Source: an uncultured archaeon (GTDB lineage: Archaea > Asgardarchaeota > Lokiarchaeia > Sigyniarchaeales > SOKP01). Taken from it: a stretch of DNA of 64,000 bases. Below, one piece after another: positions 42,857-52,635 of the stretch. The notes beneath the pieces were generated by a model. The model was not told where the DNA came from and made no database searches. It was given only the letters and a program-made list of their open reading frames with translations. Both the position numbers and the translations under genes were made by a program. The stretch is from NCBI GenBank assembly GCA_964486045.1, contig CAZALK010000011.1:32001-96000 (forward strand). Reading direction: 5' to 3'. Each line of letters begins with the position of its first letter. The first letter of the stretch is position 1.

Positions 42857-43082
42857 AACTTCTCACCTATGTAATAATTGTCATTAATTCAATTAGAACT
42901 TAACAATTATTGAGTATAAGAGAATTATCTTATATTTGAAGGCATTTAATTATTCTTCGACATTATTTTTATTTTTAATAAATTTCGGGAAAAAAATCAA
43001 TTCAAATTGTTATTTCAGATTTGAGATATTCTATAATAAAGTCCGGATATATCATTGTTATTTTAAATAATCTTTAAGACGG

Positions 43083-44297
43083 TTAAAAAGAGGATTCTTT
43101 GCTTTTTCGACATAATTTAAGAAATTGAGGTATAATTTCAAATAAATCACCAATGATTCCAAAATCCGCTACTTTAAATATCGGGGCTTCAGGATCATTA
43201 TTTATTGCTATAATAATATCACTCGTTTGCATTCCAACTAAATGTTGAATTGCTCCACTAATACCTAGGGCAATATATAATTTAGGAGATACAGTTTTTC
43301 CTGATTGACCAACTTGAATTGGATATTTTGTCCAACCAAGTTCTACTAATGCTCGTGAGCTTGATACTGTTCCTTTTAGTTCCTGTGCAAGCTCGTAAAT
43401 TAATTTGATATTTTCCTTGCTTCCAATACCTCTTCCAACTGAAACTAAGATGTCTGTATTTTCAATATCTATTAATTCTGTTTTGGAACTAATTTCTTCA
43501 ATAATTTTTGTTCTAATACTTTGTTTTTCTAATTTTACGATTATTTTTTCAATAGAGCCTTTGTTGGGTTGTTTTGATTTAATTTCTGAAAAAGTATTTG
43601 GTCTAACTGTTGCCATCTGTGGTCTTGTATATGGAGATAATATGGAGGCCATTATATTACCCCCAAAAGCAGGGCGAGTTTGAACAAGTTGCTTTTGTTT
43701 GTTAATTGATAAACCAGTACAATCTGCTGTTAATCCCAAACTAAGTCTAGCTGCTATTCTAGGTGCTAATTCACGTCCCTTTATTGTTGCACCGTATAAT
43801 ACGATCGATGGTGTTTTATCTATTATTAATGAAGTAAGTACAGTTGTATATCCATCATTTGAAAACTCTTTTAAAAGTTCATGTTCACAGAGATACACAA
43901 TATCTGTACCATAATAAAATAGTTCATCGATTATTGCTGATATTCCTGGAAGTCCAAGAACAACCACAGAAATTTTTTCTTTAAGTTCTTTATTCAACTC
44001 TAAAGCTTTACTTAATAATTCGTACACTACTTTTTTAAACTGTAATTGTCCATTCTTATTTTCTGTTTCCCCCCATATCATAATCCCTTTAAATTTCTTA
44101 AGATCCTTAACGGATTTCATTATATGCTCTATACTAAGGGCTTTATATCTACAAATATTTACACAAGAACCGCATAATGTGCAATTATCAAGCACTTTAG
44201 CCTTTTTAGTATCTAAATCGATAATTATTGCTCCATAGGGGCATATTTGTTCGCAAATTTTGCATCCAATACAAGTTTCTTCATTAATTTGGAGTAT
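43083..44297 (-). CDS. etfA: electron transfer flavoprotein alpha subunit with N-terminal 2x[4Fe-4S] ferredoxin domain
   Basis: GLTADCT, RPAFGGN, QVGQSGKTV, GISGAIQH. The upstream in-frame CIGCKICEQICP motif requires a start at ATA 44297 or CTA 44300 behind AGGTGG. Confidence 0.93.
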   Translation of the reverse strand: MLQINEETCIGCKICEQICPYGAIIIDLDTKKAKVLDNCTLCGSCVNICRYKALSIEHIMKSVKDLKKFKGIMIWGETENKNGQLQFKKVVYELLSKALELNKELKEKISVVVLGLPGISAIIDELFYYGTDIVYLCEHELLKEFSNDGYTTVLTSLIIDKTPSIVLYGATIKGRELAPRIAARLSLGLTADCTGLSINKQKQLVQTRPAFGGNIMASILSPYTRPQMATVRPNTFSEIKSKQPNKGSIEKIIVKLEKQSIRTKIIEEISSKTELIDIENTDILVSVGRGIGSKENIKLIYELAQELKGTVSSSRALVELGWTKYPIQVGQSGKTVSPKLYIALGISGAIQHLVGMQTSDIIIAINNDPEAPIFKVADFGIIGDLFEIIPQFLKLCRKSKESSF

Positions 44298-44317
44298 TAG
44301 ATTTCCACCTTAGTTTA

Positions 44318-45118
44318 TTATAGAATCTTCTTTTTTTTAAGAAACATGAATAATTTTCGTGCAGCAATAATTGAATCACTTCCATCAATAACCTCACCTG
44401 CATCTTTATTAGGAGGACTAAAAATTTTGATCACCTGGGTGAACGAACCATTAAGACCAATTTTGTTTTCATCTATATTCAAAGATTTAGCACTAATAAT
44501 TTCTAACGGCTTTTTTCTCGCTTCCACAATCTCCATCATAGATGGCAATCTTCTAATAGAGGATGGTCCTTTACTTATCGTTACCAGTGCAGGCAACCTC
44601 ACTTCAATAACTTGATAACCTTTTTCAGTTTCTTTTTTGACATTAATTTTCTTATTATCAAATTTTATGTCAAAACCATAATATATATGAGGAATTCCTA
44701 AATTCTCAGCTAATTCAGCAGGTACCTGTGCGGTATCACCATCAATTGCTTGTTTCCCAGTTAAAATTAAATCAAAATCCTCAATTTTTTTTAAGATCCC
44801 TTCTTTTAATGCTAATGCTGTAGCCCAAACATCTGATCCTGCAAAAGCTCTATCTGATAAAATGTATGCCCTGTCAGCGCCTAATTCTAAGCAACGTAAA
44901 AGTGCATATTTTGCCTGAGGTGGGCCCATTGTAATAACAGTAATCTCGACTTTTAGATCAGGATTCTGATTTTTTAATTCCACTGCCATATCTAAAGCAT
45001 ATTCACAAAATGGATTTAAAATTGACTCGACTCCTTCTCTAATTAATGTACCTGTCTTAAGATTGACAGCTACTTTATTTGCCTCAGGAACCTGTTTAAT
45101 TGTTACAACAATTTTCAT
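44318..45118 (-). CDS. etfB: electron transfer flavoprotein beta subunit
   Basis: KQVP, NPFCEYA, MGPPQA, GSDVWAT, GKQAIDGDTAQV. Confidence 0.95.
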   Translation of the reverse strand: MKIVVTIKQVPEANKVAVNLKTGTLIREGVESILNPFCEYALDMAVELKNQNPDLKVEITVITMGPPQAKYALLRCLELGADRAYILSDRAFAGSDVWATALALKEGILKKIEDFDLILTGKQAIDGDTAQVPAELAENLGIPHIYYGFDIKFDNKKINVKKETEKGYQVIEVRLPALVTISKGPSSIRRLPSMMEIVEARKKPLEIISAKSLNIDENKIGLNGSFTQVIKIFSPPNKDAGEVIDGSDSIIAARKLFMFLKKKKIL

Positions 45119-45121
45119 AAT

Positions 45122-46768
45122 TTATTCCGTCTCAGCGTTAAACTTAACTATATTCCCATAATTTAAAATTAATGATGGATCTAAACTTTTTTTTATCGAA
45201 CGCATTTCATCAAGATCTTTCTGACTATACATAATTTTCAAATAGTCTGTTTTGATCTTCCCAATTCCATGTTCTGCAGATATGCTTCCACCATATTCTA
45301 CTGCTTTTCTTGAAAATCTTTCGTAGATTTCCTCCCCTAATTGTAATTCTTTCATATTTTTTGGGAGAATATTAACATGTACGTGATTTTCTCCAATATG
45401 GCCAAAAATGACATATTCTAGATTGGCATTTCGCAAAACAGTATGATAATATTTCATTATTTGTCTGAAATGTTTTCCTGGTACGCATATATCCGTTCCG
45501 AGCTTATGTAATTGTGAAAATTGTTGTTTACGTGTAGCAATTATTGCATTTACATTTTCAGGTAATGCATGTCGAAAATGTGTAAGTCGGGTAACTTCAC
45601 GATTTTCATAGCCTGACCAGCTATTTGACAGACTAGTGTTACATATTTTTGATATTTTATTTATCTCACCGAAAATAATATCAATTTTCTCTTCAGAATA
45701 TGGTACATCAAAAAATATAGCTGATTTTGCATATATTGGAATTTGAGGTATATTTAATGAACTAAATTCTTTTTTTTGAACCTTTTTCAACAGATTTAAT
45801 GCTTCACTAGAAAAAAATTCAATGAATTCTGGGGATATAGTTCTATTATTCCGGATTTGTTCAACAAAGCTTATTGAATCTTCTTCGGTGTCAAAGAATA
45901 AGACGTTAGAAATTAACTGTTTCTTCTTAATAATCCAAATATCAATCTGTGTAATGATTCCTAAAATTCCCTCACTGCCAATAAATAGATCAATTAAATC
46001 CATATTAGGTTTGGAATAAATTCCCGCTGCATTTTTCACTGAAGTGTTGAATATATAATTTGGGATCGTAAAATGCAATATTTCTCCGTTTGGTTTTTTA
46101 ACTATAAAACTTCCTTCTTTTGAAGCAAAATATTCACCACGTTGAATATCTAAAATATCACCAGAAGATAATAAAACTCTTAGTCCTTTAATCCATTTTC
46201 TTGTTGGACCATACTTCAAGGTTCTTGCTCCGGAGGCATTTGTTGCTAGCGTTCCCCCTATTGTTGCGGACATTTCTGTTGGATCAACGGGATAATGAAA
46301 TGGTTCTCTTATCTCTTTAAAGTTTCCAATTGCTTCGGGAGTTAATTCTGGGATATTATCAAGTTCCTTCTTCCTCAATTTATTATTAATTTCATTTAAA
46401 GTGATTCCTGGTTCAAGACGAATGAAATAGTTATTTTTGTTCTTATCATAACCAAATCCAATAAAATTATTCATTTTCTCGAGGGATAAAACAGACCCAG
46501 AAGTTGGAACACACGCACCAACAATTCCTGTACGCGCCGCACTGACATAAGTTCGAATTTTATTTTTGCGCAAGAAATCTAATATTGAAACTATTTCTGC
46601 TTCAGATTTTGGAAAAAATAACCAATCCGCAGTCCCACTTAATTTACTTTCATCCATAAGATATGATGAAAAATTGATAGAAATTTCATCTTTTCCACGG
46701 ACACAATTAATCTCTTTAAATTGAATCTCTTCAGTGGTTTTTTCTGAATTTATAATATGATTAGACAT
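45122..46768 (-). CDS. FAD-linked oxidoreductase, GlcD/D-lactate dehydrogenase family
   Basis: PVDP..SATIGG..ATNASG, GSEGILGII, FGHIGENHVH, SAEHGIGK, DP..ILN.G. Confidence 0.88.
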   Translation of the reverse strand: MSNHIINSEKTTEEIQFKEINCVRGKDEISINFSSYLMDESKLSGTADWLFFPKSEAEIVSILDFLRKNKIRTYVSAARTGIVGACVPTSGSVLSLEKMNNFIGFGYDKNKNNYFIRLEPGITLNEINNKLRKKELDNIPELTPEAIGNFKEIREPFHYPVDPTEMSATIGGTLATNASGARTLKYGPTRKWIKGLRVLLSSGDILDIQRGEYFASKEGSFIVKKPNGEILHFTIPNYIFNTSVKNAAGIYSKPNMDLIDLFIGSEGILGIITQIDIWIIKKKQLISNVLFFDTEEDSISFVEQIRNNRTISPEFIEFFSSEALNLLKKVQKKEFSSLNIPQIPIYAKSAIFFDVPYSEEKIDIIFGEINKISKICNTSLSNSWSGYENREVTRLTHFRHALPENVNAIIATRKQQFSQLHKLGTDICVPGKHFRQIMKYYHTVLRNANLEYVIFGHIGENHVHVNILPKNMKELQLGEEIYERFSRKAVEYGGSISAEHGIGKIKTDYLKIMYSQKDLDEMRSIKKSLDPSLILNYGNIVKFNAETE

Positions 46769-46963
46769 ATTAAAAAAGATATATCTTTTAGAAAGTTAAA
46801 ATATGATCATAGAATAAATTTATGACTAAATTGAATTATTACAAATCCTTAGGGTGCATGTGGATCTTTTTGAATCAAAGAGAATAAATTTACTCTCTTT
46901 TTTTCATATTTCCAATTTAACTATTAATTTCAGAGATTGATTTAGTAATAAAAAAAATCAAAT

Positions 46964-47120
46964 AAAGTCGCTAATACAAATGATACCAAACCATTTTGGA
47001 ATGATGGGGATGATATAGCACTAAAAATCTCTGTTCTAGCTCCTAGTATTAATCAATTTTTTGGAAGTACCGCCCCAGACTTTACTATCTTAATTACAGA
47101 TTTAAATCTTAATTACATGA
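46964..47120 (+). pseudogene. remnant of Lokiarchaeal Ig-like surface-protein repeat
   Basis: ISVLAPSINQFFGSTAPDFTILITDLNLNY resembles the 'I.SP..NQ.FG..AP.F.I.I.D.NL' repeat of Loki surface proteins; no start codon. Confidence 0.4.
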
Positions 47121-47416
47121 AAGTTTTATCACTTCATTACTCTTCTTTAGAATTTTGCTGGAATTTTGAATAAGAAAGACATGCCAAAATAAAAAATGCT
47201 TAATTTGTTGAAACAAAGGATTTATAATAATTTACAAACAGGATCTCACACAGTATTAATAAAATTGAGTAGTAATTTAAATATGGAATAAGGAGGATTT
47301 GGCTAAGATAATTGGCTTTTAGAGGAGCCCTAACTTAACCAAATTACCCCCATTCTCAAGGTAGTTTTATTTGAACCAAATTTTCAATAAAAACAACCAA
47401 AAGAATCATGAATATT

Positions 47417-48313
47417 TTATTTAATTACATAAACTAATTTTTCCCCTTCTTCCTCTCTCAGGTTCAATTCTCTTCTTATAGCATTTCTAATTAAGTACCC
47501 ACCTACATGAAGTATTGAATCTTTTAACATTGAATCTTGATCCATTGAAGCATTACAAGGATAAGCATGATGAGCTTTGCTTATTCTTTCATTAAGTGAA
47601 ATATCTCGGCTTTCACCATTCTCAAAATATTTAGCCTTTAGCTGCTGACAAACATAGTAGCTACTTCCACATGGAGCAGATTGTAGAATGCAGCTATCTT
47701 CTATAGACTTTCCATCTTTACTAAGTAAGAAAGAGACTCTTGGAACTCCAATTTTAAAGTAATCAATGAATTCATAAATGAAGTTATGTTCTTTTGACAG
47801 ATGAAACCCTACTTTGTTGTGTTCATTTAAATCTCTACTTAAGGAGCAAAATGGCTTAGGAAATGCTGCTTGTATTCCATATTTTTCAAATTCTTCTAAA
47901 ACTTGAACTTGGAGTCCTGCTGGGACCCATTTAGGATTTTCTATAGGAACAATAACAGCCCGCACCCCATCCCTGTCTTTTAGATAAAAAGGGAGACCAG
48001 ACAACAAATCTTGATGAATACCTACTACCAAGATAAAATCTACGGGAGGAAGATTCTTTGGTAAATACTTTTCAGGTTCTTCAACAAATTCAGGGATATT
48101 CTCACCCACTTTTTCATAGAAATAAATTGCGCTTGAAAAACTTTTTAAATGTTCACGGCATTTATCACATTTTACGTTCTGTTCTAGATTTTCACATGCT
48201 TTACAGAATTCCTCATTATTTATAAGATTCCCAGCAAATTTTTGTGCTAACATTTCAGTATCGGGTTCAGTGCCATACAGAATTCCTATTTTATAATTTT
48301 TATCGGTCACCAT
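47417..48313 (-). CDS. DUF166 family protein
   Basis: FVEEPEKYLP, HQDLL, PKPFCSL, SAPCGSS, HHAYPCNASM motifs. Confidence 0.75.
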   Translation of the reverse strand: MVTDKNYKIGILYGTEPDTEMLAQKFAGNLINNEEFCKACENLEQNVKCDKCREHLKSFSSAIYFYEKVGENIPEFVEEPEKYLPKNLPPVDFILVVGIHQDLLSGLPFYLKDRDGVRAVIVPIENPKWVPAGLQVQVLEEFEKYGIQAAFPKPFCSLSRDLNEHNKVGFHLSKEHNFIYEFIDYFKIGVPRVSFLLSKDGKSIEDSCILQSAPCGSSYYVCQQLKAKYFENGESRDISLNERISKAHHAYPCNASMDQDSMLKDSILHVGGYLIRNAIRRELNLREEEGEKLVYVIK

Positions 48314-48378
48314 TAGAACAAAACTTATTAGAGTTTTTATTTGTATTTTTAATATTTTATAAAGAATTTAATCCTTTA

Positions 48379-49620
48379 GCTGAACATGTTCAATTTCAAG
48401 ATTTTGAAAGATTGAAGGTTAGTCCATAGCTCTCAAATTTAAAACCATTTTTCCTACTCACTGACTTTTGAAACATATTTAAATTATTAATTTTATGTTT
48501 ATGTTGATACTATATTATATTGCTATGCGAAAAAAATGCAATGGGAGATGATAATTGAAAAAAAATCTATTACTCCGGATCCAGAAATAATTAACAGATT
48601 AGCGAAATCCGTATACCCTTCTTTCACCTTTTTAACAAGCATGCAGCTAAACGTATTCTCAGTATTGGAGGATAGTGCCAAGACCCCACAAGAAGTAGCA
48701 GAAGTTTTGAATGTTGAAAAAAAACATATTGAACGACTTCTATATGCTTTAGTCTCCATTGGGTTATTAAAAATAGAAAAAAACCAATTTGCCAACTCAA
48801 TTGAAGCAAGCTGTTATCTAGTCCCCGGTAAGCCTTCTTACATGGGGAATAACACTTGGATTAATCCTTACCTCAATTACTATATCTGGGGATCAGCTGT
48901 AAAAACCGCAGAAACAATTCACACAGGAACTCCCCTAGAAAAGTTCGATTATGCGGGAGCATCTGAGGAACAATTAGAAGAACTATTCCGAAGTACTCGT
49001 CCAATAGCCTATAAAGCAGGAGAAGAATTAGCTATAAAATATGATTTTTCGCAATACCAGTCATTTGTAGATGTTGGTGGAGCCTCAGGAGGACTCGCCG
49101 TCGCTGTAAGTGATATTTATCCACATTTGAGGATTACGGTTGTCGACCTTCCTTCAGTTAGTCCTGTTGCTAAACACCTCATAGAAACAGAGGGGGCAAA
49201 TGATAGAGTCCATGTTATGAAGGTTAATATTGTGAAAAATCCCCTGCCAGAGTCATACGACATAGCTGTACTGAGAGCACTTATTCAGGTGCTGTCACCT
49301 GAACATGCCCGTCATGCAATTATCAACCTGGCTACTTCTATTAATTCTAAAGGTAGAATTTTCATTCTTGGTCATTTCATGGATAATTCGAAAACATCAC
49401 CTTTAGAAGAGGTTATATGGTTTCTAAACAATCTAAATTGGGATGATGAGGCTGGTTTCTATACGGAGGATAATCACATAAGCTGGTTGAAAGAAGCTGG
49501 GTTTGTGGATATTAAAAGAGAAATTTTACCCAATGGTGATGGCGTTATCCACGCGATTAAACCTTAGATCTATTTTTAATAAAATATAAAACTTTTAACA
49601 ATAACGCTGAACATGTTCAG
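48379..49620. repeat. 14-bp direct repeat GCTGAACATGTTCA (palindromic core) at 48379-48392 and 49606-49619, flanking the O-methyltransferase gene
   Basis: Exact 14-nt match seen at both sites. Confidence 0.7.
48536..49567 (+). CDS. class II O-methyltransferase (ASMT/CrtF-like, with dimerisation domain)
   Basis: N-terminal wHTH dimerisation region (ERLLYAL.SIGLL), VDVGGASG, VVDLP, WLKEAGF. Confidence 0.88.
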   Translation: MQWEMIIEKKSITPDPEIINRLAKSVYPSFTFLTSMQLNVFSVLEDSAKTPQEVAEVLNVEKKHIERLLYALVSIGLLKIEKNQFANSIEASCYLVPGKPSYMGNNTWINPYLNYYIWGSAVKTAETIHTGTPLEKFDYAGASEEQLEELFRSTRPIAYKAGEELAIKYDFSQYQSFVDVGGASGGLAVAVSDIYPHLRITVVDLPSVSPVAKHLIETEGANDRVHVMKVNIVKNPLPESYDIAVLRALIQVLSPEHARHAIINLATSINSKGRIFILGHFMDNSKTSPLEEVIWFLNNLNWDDEAGFYTEDNHISWLKEAGFVDIKREILPNGDGVIHAIKP

Positions 49621-49742
49621 TTTTTTTTAAAATTCCTTATCATCAGTTATTCAAGAAAAAAATTGCTATAGTAAAAATATTTAACAGCAAAATAATATTT
49701 TATAAGAAAAGATTTTCAATTAATTAGATATATTAGATATAT

Positions 49743-50402
49743 ATGATAGATTCTAAGGACGCAAGTGAAAAAGGGTTGTATAAAGATATCCTTGCTGTAT
49801 GTCCTACATGTAAATCAAAAAAGGAGTTGAAGATTCCCACCAAAATTATAAATCAGAGTAAACAATTAACAACTGTTTCTATCCCTTCAGGAACCGTATG
49901 TGAACACAGTTTTCAATCTTTTGTAGATAAGAACTTTGTAGTAAGGGGATATCAAAAAGTCGACTTTGAATTCGCGAAGATGGAATTTTATGAAGGAGGA
50001 GGGGAACTCGCTGAGTCTGAACCGGATGATCAAGCGTCTCAAATAATTTCACAGCCATTATTCCAAGAGATAGTTAATCTTTTAAGAAGTTATGTCGATG
50101 ATAAAGAGATTTTAGGGAGTGGGATGTTTACTGTTGAAGGACATGTACTATATTCCTCACTTCCAAGCAATACACTCTTTTCAATAACAAAAGAATTTGA
50201 AGTTAGAAGTGAGAAGAAGTTAAGTAGCTTAAAAAAGATGTATTTAGAGTTGGAAAATAATCAAAAAATTTGTTCAAATTACATTGAGTTTCAAGATAGG
50301 AGGTTTGCTTTAGTATTATTTTTCTCTCAATTAGTAAAGTTAGGAATGGGCAACTTATACCTTAATGATTTAGTTAAGAAAATTAAGAAATTAGAGGGTT
50401 AA
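49743..50402 (+). CDS. Asgard-type Zn-ribbon plus roadblock/profilin-like domain protein
   Basis: CPTC..CEHSFQSFVDKNFVVRGY N-terminal domain; C-terminal ILGSGMFTVEGHVLYSSLP. Confidence 0.55.
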   Translation: MIDSKDASEKGLYKDILAVCPTCKSKKELKIPTKIINQSKQLTTVSIPSGTVCEHSFQSFVDKNFVVRGYQKVDFEFAKMEFYEGGGELAESEPDDQASQIISQPLFQEIVNLLRSYVDDKEILGSGMFTVEGHVLYSSLPSNTLFSITKEFEVRSEKKLSSLKKMYLELENNQKICSNYIEFQDRRFALVLFFSQLVKLGMGNLYLNDLVKKIKKLEG

Positions 50403-50851
50403 TTCTCAAATTTAATCGGTTTTATTGCTTTTTCAGGACATAGTGCTTCACATCTTAAACATCCTTGACATTTAGCTATTTCTCTAAACGCAAATCTAAT
50501 CCCTTCTACTTCTTGATTTCCTTTGTTTTTTACAATGCCTTTATAAAAAAGATTTTTTAGGCAAAAATTACCACTTTTATCATGGCATTCTTCGCACATT
50601 GAACATTTTTCATGATCGATTTTGATACTAACTATTTGATTTTCAAATTCAATTGATGTAACTTCTACAGCATTCCTAGGACAGACTTGAACACAATTTA
50701 AACATGCTTTACACTTAGTATAATCAATTAACCTAACACTATGCTTAAAATATCTTGCTTGAGCTTTGCATGCTCGTAGGCACCATTCACACCTTAAACA
50801 TAATTCTTGATTTATCTGAACCGGAACGATTTTTTCTTTAATTTTTATCAA
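50399..50851 (-). CDS. polyferredoxin (4Fe-4S dicluster domains)
   Basis: Four CxxCxxC...C(P) motifs. Confidence 0.88.
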   Translation of the reverse strand: MIKIKEKIVPVQINQELCLRCEWCLRACKAQARYFKHSVRLIDYTKCKACLNCVQVCPRNAVEVTSIEFENQIVSIKIDHEKCSMCEECHDKSGNFCLKNLFYKGIVKNKGNQEVEGIRFAFREIAKCQGCLRCEALCPEKAIKPIKFEN

Positions 50852-51048
50852 AATCTACCACATGCTTGAATTAAATATTCGATATCTTGGAGAGGAATAA
50901 ATCTTATGCAAATAGGGCAAAATAGGTCAATAACTGCTGTACTATGTTTATTATAATTTATAATTTTGCAGTATTCTCTCCAACTTTGGTTTTTAGATAA
51001 AAAATAGTTTAATAAAAAAATAATTATAAAAAATTGAAAAAAAATGCC

Positions 51049-51875
51049 CTATTGAAAATATTGAGTGTATTCTTTACCAGTGCCTGGTAATTGTTGTTGT
51101 TGTTGATATTGTTGCGCTTTTTGAGCAAGTTCTAGCATTTTTGCTTTAATATCTTTACCTTGTTCAATAAGTTCTGAGGTCTTAATCTCTAAGTTATAAA
51201 TTTTGTTGAGAACTTCAAGAATGCTAGCTGCACCCTCTGGTGTTGGTATTTCAAGAACAGGAGTGAATAAAGCATAAGCTTGCAGTCTGTTTGTTAGTGC
51301 TTCGTTTAATACTGTAGCTTCTGGTCCAACTATTATGCCCCTATCGAGTTTGCTAATGCCAAATTTTTCAAGAGACTCCATCATTGCCTTTTCAGCGGCG
51401 TAATAAACAGGATATTCATCAATGATTCCCCGTTGCGGCATACCTTGGAAAATTACGATTTCCTTTGCCTTAACATCCTCAGATAAAGCCCAATTACATA
51501 GAGTTCTTGACAAGTCATTGTAGGCTGATGGAATTTGAAAAGGAACCTCACAGATACCAATAATCAAGTTATTCAGCGGAGAATAAAGAAGTCTAAAAGG
51601 ATGTTTTAAAACTCCTGAATAGAAAACACTTATTGGAGGAAGATATTCACTAGTTACAAATCCAATTTCTTGAACATCCGTTAATTGCTTTATTAGAGTA
51701 TTGGCAACAATAGGACCAATTAGACCGATCCCTGCAAAACCTAAGATAAATGATGCTCCTTCCTTTATATCAACAGACAAATTGTCAATTACAACGGAAC
51801 TTTTTTTGCCTTAAACCTCTATGGTGAAATACCAGATTGTAGAGTTTTTTTACAAATATATTCCTTTTTATCCAA
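51049..51875 (-). CDS. PAC2 family proteasome assembly chaperone (PbaA/PbaB-like); join(51875..51846, 51810..51049)
   Basis: GFAGIGLIGPI, PFRL, G.IVGP, PTPEGAA. A 10-codon first exon from TTG 51875 (SD GATGTGA) joins in frame after removal of the BHB intron. Confidence 0.85.
51811..51845 (-). other. 35-nt BHB intron in PAC2-family gene
   Basis: UUUGU-AAAA-AA^A-CUCUA..UAGAG-GUUU-AA^G-GCAAA: outer helix, 4-nt central helix and two 3-nt bulges. Contains an in-frame TAG; removal restores the frame. Confidence 0.72.
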
Positions 51876-52119
51876 TGTAATCACATCTCTTTGTTAATTT
51901 TTTGCTTTTTAATCACTTTAATTTATTTGTAGTATATTTGATATTAGAATTCTACCATATTAATATTAATTCTATTTTTTAAAATATCTACGGATTTTCA
52001 TTTACAAGTTAATAGTTCTATATCTTTATCTTTTATTGTTTTTTTCTTTAAAGAAGCTGTTAATAAATCTTATATGAAATTATACATTAAGCAAAAATAA
52101 AAATTATATCGTGAAAATC

Positions 52120-52635
52120 ATGGAGAAAAAAGATTTGAATGAGGGAGATGAAGCCCCGCTGTTTAAGTTAGAATCGTATAATGCCGAGACAATTGATTTG
52201 GCAGAATTTAAGGGACAAAAAGTTGTTTTAATTTTCTCTAGATATTGGGGTTGCCCAATTTGTCAGATTGATTTCAAAATTTTGATGGATCGTAAATCTG
52301 AGATTGAAGATAAGGGAGCAAAGATTTTATACATTACTCAATCAAGTGAAAAAGTAGCAAAAGAATATATTGAAAAGGAGAATATTAACTTTCCCGTTAT
52401 ACCAAGTTCTAAGGATGAATTATATGCAGAGTATGGATTAGGATTGATGAATCCGGAAACTGTTAAACAAATTCCACTTAAATTAAAAGATGTAATGAAA
52501 TATGGCTTTAAACATGGAGAATATGAAGGTTGGGAGAAACAAGGACCGGGGCAATTCGTTATAGATGAGCAAGGTATAATAATTCATACTTTAAAAGGAT
52601 GGCTTGACATTGATAGCTTAATTTCAGTGTTCTAG
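52120..52635 (+). CDS. AhpC/TSA peroxiredoxin-like protein (PRXL2-like)
   Basis: GDEAPLF, FSRYWGCPICQ, QGPGQFVIDEQG. ATG 52120 (the track uses GTG 52111). Confidence 0.85.
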   Translation: MEKKDLNEGDEAPLFKLESYNAETIDLAEFKGQKVVLIFSRYWGCPICQIDFKILMDRKSEIEDKGAKILYITQSSEKVAKEYIEKENINFPVIPSSKDELYAEYGLGLMNPETVKQIPLKLKDVMKYGFKHGEYEGWEKQGPGQFVIDEQGIIIHTLKGWLDIDSLISVF

